From Perkinsus chesapeaki ATCC PRA-425 (taxonomy: Eukaryota > Protista > Perkinsozoa): a DNA stretch of 64,000 nt. Shown here one piece after another: positions 1 through 11,337 of this stretch. The stretch is taken from contig JAAPAO010000040.1 of assembly GCA_013115145.1 (NCBI GenBank), positions 1 to 64,000 of the forward strand. The letters are read 5' to 3'. Position numbers and translations under genes: made by a program. Positions within the stretch are counted from its first letter, which is position 1, and every line of letters starts with the position of its first letter. The notes beneath the pieces are model-generated. The model saw only the letters and a program-made list of their open reading frames with translations, did no database searches and was not told the DNA's origin.

Positions 1-56
1 GTGGACTAGAAATCCACTGGGCTCTGCCCGCGCAGGTTCGAATCCTGCCGCTGTCG
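1..56 (+). tRNA. tRNA-Ser(AGA), 3' portion (from the anticodon stem to the discriminator); 5' part lies outside the window or is absent
   Basis: Anticodon stem GTGGA/TCCAC with loop CTAGAAA, long variable arm GGGCTCTGCCC, T-arm GCAGG-TTCGAAT-CCTGC, acceptor strand CGCTGTC plus discriminator G. Confidence 0.9.
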
Positions 57-125
57 GAGAAAGATATCTTGCTGGTACTGGTAATTAGGGAGTCTACTTT
101 AAATAGGCATCTCTACCGCTTTCAT

Positions 126-151
126 GACAGCGTGTCCGAGTGGTTAAGGAG
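126..151 (+). pseudogene. tRNA-Ser 5' half (acceptor strand, D-arm, G26), ending before the anticodon stem
   Basis: GACAGCG-TG-TCC-GAGTGGTTAA-GGA-G. GACAGCG is the exact complement of CGCTGTC at 49-55. Followed by unrelated CCATA and T5 runs at 157-161 and 165-169. Confidence 0.8.
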
Positions 152-196
152 CCATATTTTTCTCTTTTTCCCCTTCTGTGCCGCTGTTCCAAAAGA

Positions 197-2553
197 CTAC
201 TCTATGAACCAGACACAATGGCGCAAGAAAAACTTAGGTGGCAAGCAGACTAAGGGTTATTCATGAGGTTCACCCGTAATTGAAGTAACCTCGATGCAAG
301 TTGTTCTGTGACTTCTACGGTTCTTTTCTTGGATTTGCCCAAAGCATCACATACCTCGACGATGTCCTCGTTTGTCGACGATAATTGCACTTTCAAATCA
401 GCATTGACGGCCTTCAAATCCTAGGAATTATATTCTCGACTTAACGCCTTGGGTGATACCTCTAACTGAGCTCGGAGCTTCACGATGGTTTCGTCCTTCT
501 CTTGGCACTCTCTTTCTATATTCACTAGTTTACAGTGTATCCCGTAGTACTCTTCAGACGAGTGGACTACGAAGGAATTGAAGATGCAAAAATGTAACGT
601 TCTCACCAACGTCAGTGAAGTGCTGCTCATGTTCGGTCTGAATTTTTTGAGAACGCGATCTACAATGTGGATCCCCTCGTGCTGACGAAGTATCATTTAC
701 TTCCTCCCATGTCCCTGCTTGTTAGGCTTCCGTGAATTCCGGTTCATCGAGGACTTTTGACGAGTGGATATCTTTCGCGTTACCTATACCAGCAAATGAA
801 TCTCCACGCGTGACTGGACCATATACGCTCACGGTCCTTGTGTTGTTCTCATGCTGTACGAATCCACTCTCCAAGGGAAAATAATTATCCGAGCTGAAGG
901 CAGTGGCGGACAAAATAGACCCTTAGCAGGAAGGATTCCCTTGGGGACCTCTGAGGGTTGTGGGGTCGTTTCGAACCTCCCCCTTGGTTATCTCTGCTAT
1001 TTTGATCCTGGCCTTGCCCCCTTAAATGAGAGTTCAAGGTAACGTCAAGCACAGGCTGTTTGGATGGCGAAATCGATCTAGAATAGTCGACTGCATTATT
1101 CATTATATTGAGATTGATAATTATTAAGATTGGTAGATACCTCTCTGAAAGCACCTCGTCTAGCCTATCCAGATTTTCTTCATTTATAAGCCTAGATGCC
1201 CGATGCACCCGAAGGCATGAATGCTGACTACTTGTAATTCAACACCCCGTTGCTGTAGCGTTCCGGTCTTGATTCAGTCGATTCCAATACAAAACCCTTC
1301 GAAGTGTCGTGTTCAAGGGCGGAGTAACTGATCCATTGCTACGAACCCAATAGGGTAGGGCCAGCAGGAAGGACACGATTAAAAAACCGAGTTAGCGGTA
1401 TGTGGAGTGGTGGAGCCTGCCCACCACAGGGTTGTTATGCGAAGACCAGTCGATAACCAAGCCACGAACAACGGTCATCGTTGGCAGATGAAGACGCTTA
1501 AGATTCAAACAAAGTCAGATACCGTACACCAAGCCTAATGCATCGAGCTTGGCCTTCGAACAAAATTGGACATAGAGGTAAGCGATTGCAAAGCAAATTT
1601 CACCAGAAAGTCTACAAAGCTTGAAGATATGATGACTGGCCCTCTACCACCCTAAACTCTTGCCAATCATTCTTGCCTATTAATATCATCAGTCGGACCG
1701 TTCGCCGTCAAGCTCGAGATGTACTTGCTCACCGCGTAGCTATCGGGTCCTACCAAGCGGTTCATGTTATCTTAATACAGTGGCTTACGCTTTTTGTCTT
1801 GTTCGTCGGAGGTGATCCCCATAGCTGGCGAGTCTCCTAGAGGCATCTCTGTATCCCCTGTTGCTTGCTTTACAGCAATCCTCCTTGCTAGGCTAGCATG
1901 AGATAACCTCTGACCATCCCCTACAGGAAGCATGCTAGTACGTGTAGTGCGGCGGATTGAAGCACAGTTCCCAGCTTGGAGGATAACTATAAAGCTCACT
2001 CAGTACAAATGGATGCCGCAATGCTTCCGAGAGATGCTTTACCTTCATTAACATTGGTATTGTCAGATGTATCTCGTTCATTCCCTTTAGAGTGCTGAGC
2101 TTCAACCTAAGATTCCATCATCCCGGCTTTGTTGAGTTCATCTAACCTCCATCCTAGTGGCATACTCGCTCTCACTATCTATACTTGGCTTCGGTATTTG
2201 TGAAGATTCTATACATACAACAGTCACTCATCGATCCCCGAGCATGATATACCAAGGGTACCCGAGGCATCCGATCGTCTCCGCCTGGCAGCCCTTTCTG
2301 ACCGCCGCCTCGTTGTTGCTTGTTCACTAGTCTTGCTGAATATCTCGTCCAACACATTATCAAGGTCTTCATGAGATATGCTCCACCGAGGTCTCCTGAT
2401 CTCCGCGCCGCCACTTGGATGATCCCGCTCAAGCGCTGACAAAGATTCTTTTAACGTCAGATAAGTGCCCTGACCTCGGAAATCGGGCAAAGTGGTCCGG
2501 TGTTCCTTCCTAGCATTAAATCGTATAAAGCTCTCCGATTTTGCTGATGCCAT
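197..2553 (-). CDS. Hypothetical multi-exon protein with a C-terminal coiled coil
   Basis: Starts MASAKSESFIRF at 2553. GT-AG introns join the minus-strand ORF pieces (e.g. gttaagtc...ttcctag near 421-447). Heptad-like segments KLVNIERECQEKDETIVKLRAQLEV and DLKAVNADLKVQL. No family recognised; internal exons not fully resolved. Confidence 0.45.
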
Positions 2554-2682
2554 ACTTCTCGACGTCAATATCGATTTCGTTTCAAAAGTCAAAATCTTGC
2601 TACTCTTACTTTCACTTGTAACTCCCTTATTTTATCTCCGCGCATCTATTCTCTGTCGAAGCTTCTTCTTCTACCTTTGGCC

Positions 2683-4676
2683 ATGTCGGAGGTCTTCCTT
2701 GGCGTATACTCAGATACAGAACTAACGGAGGAGCTTGCCAAAGATATGACGGTAATACCGCTCTTTTCCCAACAACTCTTCCGAGTAAGCCTTCCTCCAC
2801 ACCTGACATTCGAGCAGTTCTCTAGCATTGCTCGTTATTCCCGAGTATTCCCAGTATTCCGAGAAAGAACGAATCCACTACCACTGTTGCCGCAGTAGTG
2901 CTATCGTAGGTATCCCGCGCCGGTGGCCCGCCATATGTTATAAGGGATACATGGCTTTATGAGCATTATCCACGATGCGGCCTCTGTGGGAAGGAAATGG
3001 TTTTCGTAGCGCAGCTCTTCTCTGACTATGATCCGGCCACTTACAGTAATACACATTGACCCTTTTCCATCTCATAATATTTGTTATTAGACAGGAAATC
3101 TATGCTTCTTTTAATTCATTTATCGTATCCAACAGAGCTTAATAACCAGTATGCCACCCCTACGATAATCTACCGCTATTGCTACATCTCATGAATTTCT
3201 TAGGATTTCTACATGTATTCGTATGCCCATCAACAACGTGCTCTCGTGAGAGCAAAGGCTGGCGTTGCTTCCGGACCATGAGGCCTGTTACCGATACTAA
3301 AGGTACTCGAAGGGCTTGCTATTAGTCTTTATATTATCATAGGCACCAAGGCTAGCCGAACCGTAGCGGCAGAGAAATTCAGCTTTATGGACAACTTGTC
3401 GAAGCAAGACGCGGTGCCCGGCTCGGATGTGTTCGATCTCAGCGATCTCGCGAGTGCTTTGAATGATGTGGAACTGTCGGACGAATGCCTGTTTGGTGCT
3501 GCCAAGGAATCTGACAAGGATGGTACTGTTGTGTCGGCGTGATCCCTGCCGTACCCGGGGGGTTGTAGGTGTCAAGGAGCCGGTTGCTGCTGAGCGAGTG
3601 TGTAATGTGGCGGGTGTAGCTGTCCATCCTAAGGGCGACGCTGCAATAGAACTTACCCCAGCCTATCAAGTAATGAATATTACGTACCTTTCTATTCTAT
3701 ACTTGCTCGTCAGTTATATGTTGTGCCTGAGCCTGCCGAATGGGAAAGTGCTTTAACGAAGGAGAAGGAACTGTAGGCGGTCACCGTGGCGGTTGGGAGG
3801 AATTCGGTGATGGTAGGTACCAGGCTTATCTAGACTCGGGCAACCCTGACCCTTCACTGGCTGCCTCTGTTAAAGAGAGTCATGGTGCTGTGATAGCCGA
3901 TGATGACTTCGCTGGTATTGAAGAAGATGAAAGAAATAAAAACTTTATCAAGTTCCAGGAACGGATAAGTCGGTTGCCCGGCCAAGTAGGCTCGGTTGCC
4001 GTTGTCTGATGATAGGCTCCTTCTAGGTCCTACGCTACAACTACAGCGGTTCACCCCTGTGGGCTGGTAAATTTGCCGCTGAAAAGCGTCGTCCAATACC
4101 AGCTTGTGGGTAGGTGGTAGTGTTGATACTTATTAGTATATCAGCTTATAAGTGTATACTCCCTTCTAAGCATCGTTCCCTTTTGTATAGGTCATGTGGT
4201 GCACCACGGGTATTTGAGTGTCAACTATTGCCTTCATTGTTCTACCTCTCCGGATGGTTTGATGGTCATGAGAATGATATGGATTGGGGTATTGCTGCTA
4301 TGTAATAATACTAAGCTCTTCATCTTTAATAAAGATGAAAGGTGAAAGATACCGAAATCATTTATCGCGCTAAATGATTTCGAAGAAATGTCTCTCAGCG
4401 CACATCCTAATATTCGTTCACGTTCTCGTGGCTACTGGCGTTATTCCGCTTATAGTAGGCCGTCGCTCGATGTCAATAATTCCAAATTTTCGATGTGATA
4501 TAATTATTATCAATGCATAGTACTATTCTCTCAGGTATACCTGTTCTGAAGATTGCCATGGTACGGGAGGCCTGTCCTATAATGCCTCCGCTGCGATGTA
4601 TGAGGAATATATCCTCCTGGAACCCTCCGCAGAGGTGGATGGTAATAGCCCCTCGAAAACGTCAAAGAAGCCTTAG
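2683..4676 (+). CDS. PDCD2-like / TSR4-type protein (PDCD2 N- and C-terminal domains; uS5 chaperone family)
   Basis: Spliced peptides MSEVFLGV, SRAGGPP, WLYEHYPRCGLCGKEMVFVAQLF, FIKFQERISRLPGQ|VLRYNYSGSPLW, CGAPRVFECQLLPSL, DMDWGIAAM|YTCSEDC..YEEYILLEP match the PDCD2_C motif order. Confidence 0.85.
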
Positions 4677-4796
4677 CGTTACTCTATACCGTTACGTATA
4701 TTCCTGTTTACTGTCTACCCATTGCATTGTTGTTTCTATTACTATAAGCGTTGAGTATCAGGCGTTGTTGTCTGACTGTCTCCTCAGCTTTCCCCT

Positions 4797-6774
4797 ATGG
4801 AATGCTGCTCAACTCCTCATGAGAAGCATGGACCTTCGTCTGGAGTTGATACTTCGTTGAATGACCGAGGCCATCGGCAAGGGCAAATGAAAGCCAGTAA
4901 GATGGCGTGGGCGTATTTAGGCTCTTTGCTGGCAGTTTGAAGATAGCAATATGAAGTATATAACCGGTTATCAGGTGGCAAGGCACAAGACGGTGTAGCA
5001 ATGCGTGAGTTGGACAATATCCGGTATCTGGCCAGGGAACGATCGATTGAAGCGGAAGAAGCTCAGAAAATCCTGGAGGTCATATAGGGGGTTTGCATAG
5101 TCGTGGTAGTGCGGGTTTTAGATAGAGGAGGCAAGGCTTATGAGGCTGCGTAATACTGTCGGGGCCAAACCAAGAGAAATAAAGGATCAGCAGGACCGTG
5201 TGGAGGGGGCATGGAGGATAGTCACCGAGCGGGTAATACCGTTGGCGGCACCGGTGTGTCTTCTATCGCGTATAGGATACTCCGAAACAGGTTGTAGTTT
5301 GGGAGGCTGCACCTGCGCTTGTACTAGGATGTTTTGGGATATTTTATGGACTTGTCATCGCCACAGTGCTGCTGCTGTTGTTGTTCTAGGAAGAGATCCG
5401 TGATCTGGCTCTGTTGGAGGTCCATAGGCTTGAGGAGGTATGTAGAGCATCGAAGGGACGTATACAGCTTGAGAAGGAGATGGATGTTATGAGGGCAACC
5501 TGGAGATTGCAGGTAGGATAGAGCCTTTGTATGTCAATGACTGCTCAAGCGCTGCTGGTAGGATGAGACGAGAAGAGCTCAGCGTGTTGTGGAAAGGGAG
5601 AGGGCTAAGCTGGAGGCAACGGAAGCAAAGCAGGCATCTCAGCGAGATTTGGAGGTATTATAGGAGTGGCTGGTGGTAAGGCACCCCTACCGTGTCAGTT
5701 AAAACGAGGTGCACAAGCCAGAGAGGCACAGCTGGCAGCACGAAAGCGACTGTTTGCTACACAGCAGATACTCCGTCAGAGGAAGGCTGAGGACGATGCG
5801 ATGAGGGAAGAGGTATGAAGAGGGTTATCTAAGGGAATTGCTCCTAAAAGCAATTTTCGCCGATACTGTTCTTATATGGTCAGATGGCTGCCCGAGCCCA
5901 AACACGGGTTTTGAAATTGCGTGATGCTCTGCTCGGTAGTAAAGAGCGAATTGAGCAGCAGAACGCTAAGCGTAATGCTAAGGAGCTGGATAGACTTGTC
6001 AAGTTCGAGGCGGAGAAGAAGGACCTATTAGAACAGGGACTAAACCCGTAATGGTGTCGGCGGTGGCGGCGGTGGCTCTCATGAGGGGTAATAGATACGA
6101 AGTGTTCCGGAACCGGCAGCTAGAGGAAATGAAAGCAGCGGGTAGACGAAGAGCAGTAGAGCTGCGGAAGATGCGAGGTACGTCGAAATGTGCAATAGCA
6201 CTGGTCTAGTCGGAGCTCAGATGAAGCATTGAAAAATAAGATGCAGTATGAAGCTAAACTGAAGGCTAAGGAAGTTGCTAGGAAAGCAGAGGTGAAGGCT
6301 CGTTTAACTTGGGGTAGTTAAAGGATGGTTTTAGAGCCTAGCAAGGGCAGCAGAATTCCAGCGGAATGTCTCTGGGGTAGCAGATAGAGAGCGGTTTGGT
6401 GAGTTCATTGCCAAGCATTCTATTGGGGGTGTGCCCGTTCTGGACCCTACTGGTACTGCCGTCAGGATTGATGGTTCAAAGGTATTGGTGAGCCTGCTAG
6501 TGGTGGGTGGGGCAGCAACTGACGTGGACAGGTGACTGTTTGTCGAGACATGTCATTTGGCTTGGGCCGAGCCAGCGAGGAGGTATTTAGCGGGTATGGT
6601 TTTCTTGGTGAGCTATTTAACCAGGTTATTAACAAAGCGAAGCGAGAGGTCGCTGCTATGGAGCGCTCTGTACGGAAGGTACTGCGGGGGTGTGTCCCAG
6701 ATCATATCTGAGATTTGCCCATGCGGCGGTTCCGATAACAGCTAGGCCGGAACCGATGTCATAAATTGACTTGA
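4797..6774 (+). CDS. Coiled-coil protein resembling the N-terminal half of central-pair protein CFAP74
   Basis: About 12 short exons. Peptide LRDALLGSKERIEQQNAKRNAKELDRLVKFEAEKKDLLEQGLNP|YEVFR recalls the CFAP74 AEKKAILAQG region (from memory), followed by VLDPTG. Stop follows with no ASH domains; 3' end uncertain. Confidence 0.55.
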
Positions 6775-6835
6775 CCATGCCTCTTGGCACTGGGTTGTTG
6801 CGCCCAAGCTCGACGGTTGCGTTTGATCAGCGCGG

Positions 6836-8799
6836 ATGGCAGCGGCTCTCTTTAGGAGTTTTTTATTGAGTTTCTACGCGTCGATTATGTTATCATCATC
6901 AGCAGCTAGAGTGTCTACTGCAGTAGGAGCCGGGTCGCTAGCTCGTGGTGCCAGGAGACTGTTTTCAACTTTACTCATTGCCGAGCAGAGGGGAGGCAAG
7001 CTGGAGAAGGTAATCCAGGGACATTAGGGGCTCCAATCGATACTAGGGCCTTTGTGTATTGCAGTAGCGCTTGTAGTTAGCTTGTTCTCGATAGACCCTA
7101 TCTCGCTCGCTTTCGATCGCTTTCAATTTTCAGTCCTCGCTATGTGCGGCTGCAGCAGCTAGTCAGCTGGATAAAGATTTTTCTGTTATGCTTGCCGGTG
7201 GTAATGCTGTTCGTCGTCGCTTGTCATCTAGGCATTCTTTCCAGGTCCGAAGGAAGCCGCAGAGGCAGCTGCTCGGTTGCCCGGGGTCAAGAAGGTGTGG
7301 ATATTATCCTACATTTGGAGTCTACGGACTTTGTCGTTTAGGTGTATCACTGCAATCCTGGTGATACAGCTTTAGATCATCCCTCAGCTGATATCTTTGC
7401 CAATGCTGTTGCTAAGCTATCTAAGGAGACTGGAGCTTCCTATATAGTTGCTGGTAAAAAGGGATACCTCGAGCTTAATGGGTACTGATTGGCTCCTCGG
7501 GACACTTTGACGTGCGCCTAAACAGAATAAAATATAGTGACTCGTTTCATCCTGTTTCCTTCCAACATGCACCATTGTCTCGAGTGGCGTGCTACAAGTT
7601 TATTAGCTACATTGTACGGTCTACGAGTATGCTCGTTCGACTCGCTATGCTGGCCGAAGTGACGTCCTCTATATTACCAGCTTTCGCAATCCTTTCCTGT
7701 TTTGGAGGTATTCTCTGCCGTGTCGTTGATGCCTGTCCATAATAGGTCCTCCGTCTGTTCGGCCTTGATGTTTGACTTTTCGGTAACGGTTTCCTTTTCA
7801 GGTAACAGTAGCGTGATCAGAGACTCTCTGCCGCGTGCAGCGGCTATGCTTGATACGCAGCCAATTACGGATGTAAGCATCACTGAATCATTTTCATGTT
7901 ACTTTATGGTTCTCAGGTCACTAAGGTTGTTTCTGGTGACACCTTCCAGAGGCCTATGTATGCCGGGAATGTTATCGCCACAGTTAAGTCCGCGGATCCA
8001 GTCAAGGTAGCACTGAGCTGACTGAGTAGCGTGTCCCCGAACATGCAGCTGATCAGGTGGTAGTGTTCCGTCCGACAGCCTTTGAGCCTGTGGAAGTGCC
8101 GCAGGAGGGCGACGCCGCTGCATCGGCCGCTGAAATAGTCAAGACGGAGATCGACTCGTCTAATTCGAGCATTGTAATTGAACCTGGTGGTATGTGGGGT
8201 GTTATCATTTCCAGAAATTCATCAGCGAAGCCGACAAGTCCACCGAGAAGCCGATGCTCCAGACCGCCAGGATCGTCGTCTCTGGTATGCTCACTTTACC
8301 TCGTGCTTGCCATTTGTGTCGTACTAGGTGGACGTGCCTTGAAGAACAAGGAGACCTTCGATAGCGTACTGGACCCACTTGCCGAGAAGCTGGGTGCCGC
8401 AGGTATCACCGCACTGTACTGCGGCACGGTATTTCTGATCGTTTATATCAGTTGGAGCTACTCGTGCAGCAGTAGATGCTGGTTACTGCTCTAACGACCT
8501 CCAAATAGGCCAAACAGGCAAAGTGGTCGCCCCGGATCTGTAAGCTGGTGCTCATTGTTGAGGCTCGATTACCTGCAGATACATTGCCATTGGAATCTCG
8601 GGTGCCATTCAGCATACAGCAGGCATAAAGGATTCGAAGTGCATAGTCGCTATCAATAAGGATGCAGAGGCACCCATATTCCAGGTGAGCTCTCCCTGCC
8701 TCATAGCAGCAGCACGGGAGCCATTGTTTGTAGATTGCCGACTACGGTTTGGTCGGCGACCTGTATCAGATCGTACCGGAGCTCACGGCCAAGATTTGA
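6836..8799 (+). CDS. ETFA: Electron transfer flavoprotein alpha subunit, mitochondrial
   Basis: Transit-like N-terminus then [109 protein letters not shown]|[11 protein letters not shown]; stop TGA 8797-8799. Confidence 0.95.
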
Positions 8800-9003
8800 A
8801 GTGTACCCGCGGAGATCCCGCTGCTGTTTCTATTTTTTGGCTTGCTGTTGCTACGAGCACTGAGATGTGTGCAATGCTTAATAGGTGTTAATCAGTAGTC
8901 TCAAGCAGTCTCGTGAGTTGTTACTCCCCTGTTGTGCTGTCAATTACAGGGAGTGTGTGATGAAGTTAGTGCATTTTAACACTTTTCTCTAAGTGAGACT
9001 AAG

Positions 9004-9584
9004 ATGGCTGACGAAGAGGGAGATGTAGGCCGGGTTTCTGCGGGATAGGGGAAGTGCTGTCTCTGTAGGATGAGTACGTCTCAGAGCAAGTTCAGGAGAT
9101 TGTCAAGCATGCAATGAATCAGACACTCCAGAACGCTGTGTATTCTAAAGATAAGGTTAATTCATGGTAAGTTAGCGGAAGTATGGTAGGAAAGTACAAG
9201 ATATATCAAACAGAGTCTATGAGGGGGGACGCATACAGGGAATCCATCTCCTGAATAGAGGACATCTTCCGCCCTCATAGGTGCAATCAGCTGCTGGACT
9301 CTTGCCTGAAGGAGTTGGCCAAGCTGAACAAGCCATTCAAATACATTGGTAGTGCTAGCTAGCTCCCTATGTGCTCACTTACTATATTATTATAGTGACG
9401 TGTGTTATCATGCAAAAGAACGGGGCGCCGCTGAGTACAGCTGCCACCTGTTGGTGGGATCTAAAGACAGATGGCCTCACATGTGTTCAAGTGGGGAAGG
9501 ATACACTAGATTGTAAGTGGCATATACTAGCCCAACCATTGCCTGGTGTTAGGTATAATAACAGTATACGGATGTAGGATCTAG
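9004..9584 (+). CDS. DYNLT1: Tctex-1 family dynein light chain
   Basis: Five exons give [92 protein letters not shown]. Confidence 0.92.
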
Positions 9585-9688
9585 GTGAGGTATGCCTGCT
9601 GCCAATTACCCCAACCATGACTGATACTGTCTTCGGCAATGCTTGTGTGTTGCGTTAAAATAATGGCGTTATTGGTCCCTGTCATCAT

Positions 9689-11125
9689 ATGATATACATT
9701 ACTCTAACCCTAGCGGTCCTCGGAAGATCTTCTCCTCTTCTTGGGGACCCCTTCGATGAGGTACAACCCCGGCAGTTTCTGGCGAAAGAACTGCCAGTAT
9801 TCACCGACAAGCTGGGCGTAGATGCCTTCTTCGACGTGGTGCGGAGAGGCCAGCCTGCAGTGTTCAGGACAGCTGGCATCGGCTGGTCGCTTGTCAATCA
9901 GAGCTGTCGAGAGTTCGCTGCACGGTGGCCTGAAGGGAAGATGTCGAAGCAATACCAGACACACGATATGCGTGTGGCTCTTAGCGACCCCGGTTGGGCC
10001 GAGAAGAAGCCCTCAAGTATCGGGGAGCACGCGACCTCGGCGCCGTATGTGTGGCATGTGAAAGACCGTGTCTCGAAAGAGATGAAAAAGTCTGTGCAGG
10101 ACCTTCTGTTTCCAGCTGGAATCGCCATGGAGAGCCTTCCGTGGCTGGAGGGGCGCCACAAGGCTTTGGAGCACCACGTCGCCGACAGTATGGAGTTTTG
10201 GCTGCAACCCGCACGGGCCGGCACTCTGGCGCACAACGACGCCTACTGTGTCAATGTAATGTCGGTGCAGTTAAGTGGGCATAAGCAGTGGAAACTGATG
10301 ACTATGCCGAAGGTCGATTCTATCGGGGACATGTTCGATGAATTTGATGGTGGTATATGGAGAGACCCCAACAGGACCTTCGACCCCGACTACATCTACA
10401 CTCTGGGCCCCGGCGAAGGCATTCTATTTCCGCCAGGCATGATGCACGAGACTCTTAGTGTGTCCGATACGGAGTGCACGACGAGCGTTACTTTCAACAT
10501 ACCGATACCGATGTCCGCAAAGTACGTCCGTAACCTACTGCCGAGGCTGTCGCTGTCCACTGAGTTTGGTGACTGTCTCTGGGATCGTTGGGAGCCAACG
10601 GTGACTCTCGGTTTAGGGGGACGATGGACAGCAGAAAGGCTTGATGGTGGAAAACTGGCGGGTGAGAGGGCTGCGGAGATCATGGCTCTAGTTGATGGAG
10701 ATGGCGACGGTATGGTTGATTCAGAGGAAGTTCTACATTGGCTTGAGACGCATCCTCGGGCGGCACCATTCCGCAATGCGGACAGCAATCCTGACGCCAA
10801 ACTCGCATTTAGCAAAGGAGCTACCCTGGGTCAAGATGCTATACATGATCTGCTCCAGCTTCGAGCAAAAGACTCTGTTGCCTACTGGGACCGCAACAAT
10901 GATGGTATCGCTACTGAGGGCGAGATACACGAAGCATTGTGGCAGTGGCATGTCGTAGTTACCAGGAGGCGCATAGCTGATCTTGCCTTGGGCGAGGACA
11001 GCGATCCTGGGTCTGATGGATTCCACTTGCGCGCTGCAGCTGCTGCTAAGCTGTTCAACAAGCTTTATCGGTCAGGAAAGGCCGACGTCCGCTCGGATAG
11101 CAGAGTCAATGAGGATGAACTGTAA
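9689..11125 (+). CDS. Secretory-pathway JmjC/cupin-type dioxygenase with EF-hand-like loops and C-terminal EDEL
   Basis: Intronless 478-aa ORF. Hydrophobic N-terminus MIYITLTLAVLG, AHND..VQLSGHKQWKL..LGPGEGILFPPGMMHET (HxD...H triad), loops DGDGDGMVDSEE and DRNNDGIATEGE, ends VNEDEL. Confidence 0.8.
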   Translation: MIYITLTLAVLGRSSPLLGDPFDEVQPRQFLAKELPVFTDKLGVDAFFDVVRRGQPAVFRTAGIGWSLVNQSCREFAARWPEGKMSKQYQTHDMRVALSDPGWAEKKPSSIGEHATSAPYVWHVKDRVSKEMKKSVQDLLFPAGIAMESLPWLEGRHKALEHHVADSMEFWLQPARAGTLAHNDAYCVNVMSVQLSGHKQWKLMTMPKVDSIGDMFDEFDGGIWRDPNRTFDPDYIYTLGPGEGILFPPGMMHETLSVSDTECTTSVTFNIPIPMSAKYVRNLLPRLSLSTEFGDCLWDRWEPTVTLGLGGRWTAERLDGGKLAGERAAEIMALVDGDGDGMVDSEEVLHWLETHPRAAPFRNADSNPDAKLAFSKGATLGQDAIHDLLQLRAKDSVAYWDRNNDGIATEGEIHEALWQWHVVVTRRRIADLALGEDSDPGSDGFHLRAAAAAKLFNKLYRSGKADVRSDSRVNEDEL

Positions 11126-11337
11126 ATGATGGTGTACACGCTGCATGATACTACTAAACCATCGCTTCCGTATGGATTCCGCAGTCTACCTTTGTGTTAC
11201 CAATAAAACGCCTTTGAACTTCGCTCGCATTGATATCGATTGCGATGTGAACGCATAAAGAAACGAATATAGGTTGCAGAGCATTGCACTGCTGCCTTAA
11301 CATCTCCCATCAGACTTTGTAATGCTTATCTATCACA

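Noticed and set aside
152-2620. Transposon or retroelement inserted into the tRNA-Ser gene
   Set aside because: No transposase, RT or gag motif, no TIR/TSD and no downstream tRNA 3' half; the broken ORFs join through ordinary GT-AG introns into a host-like gene.
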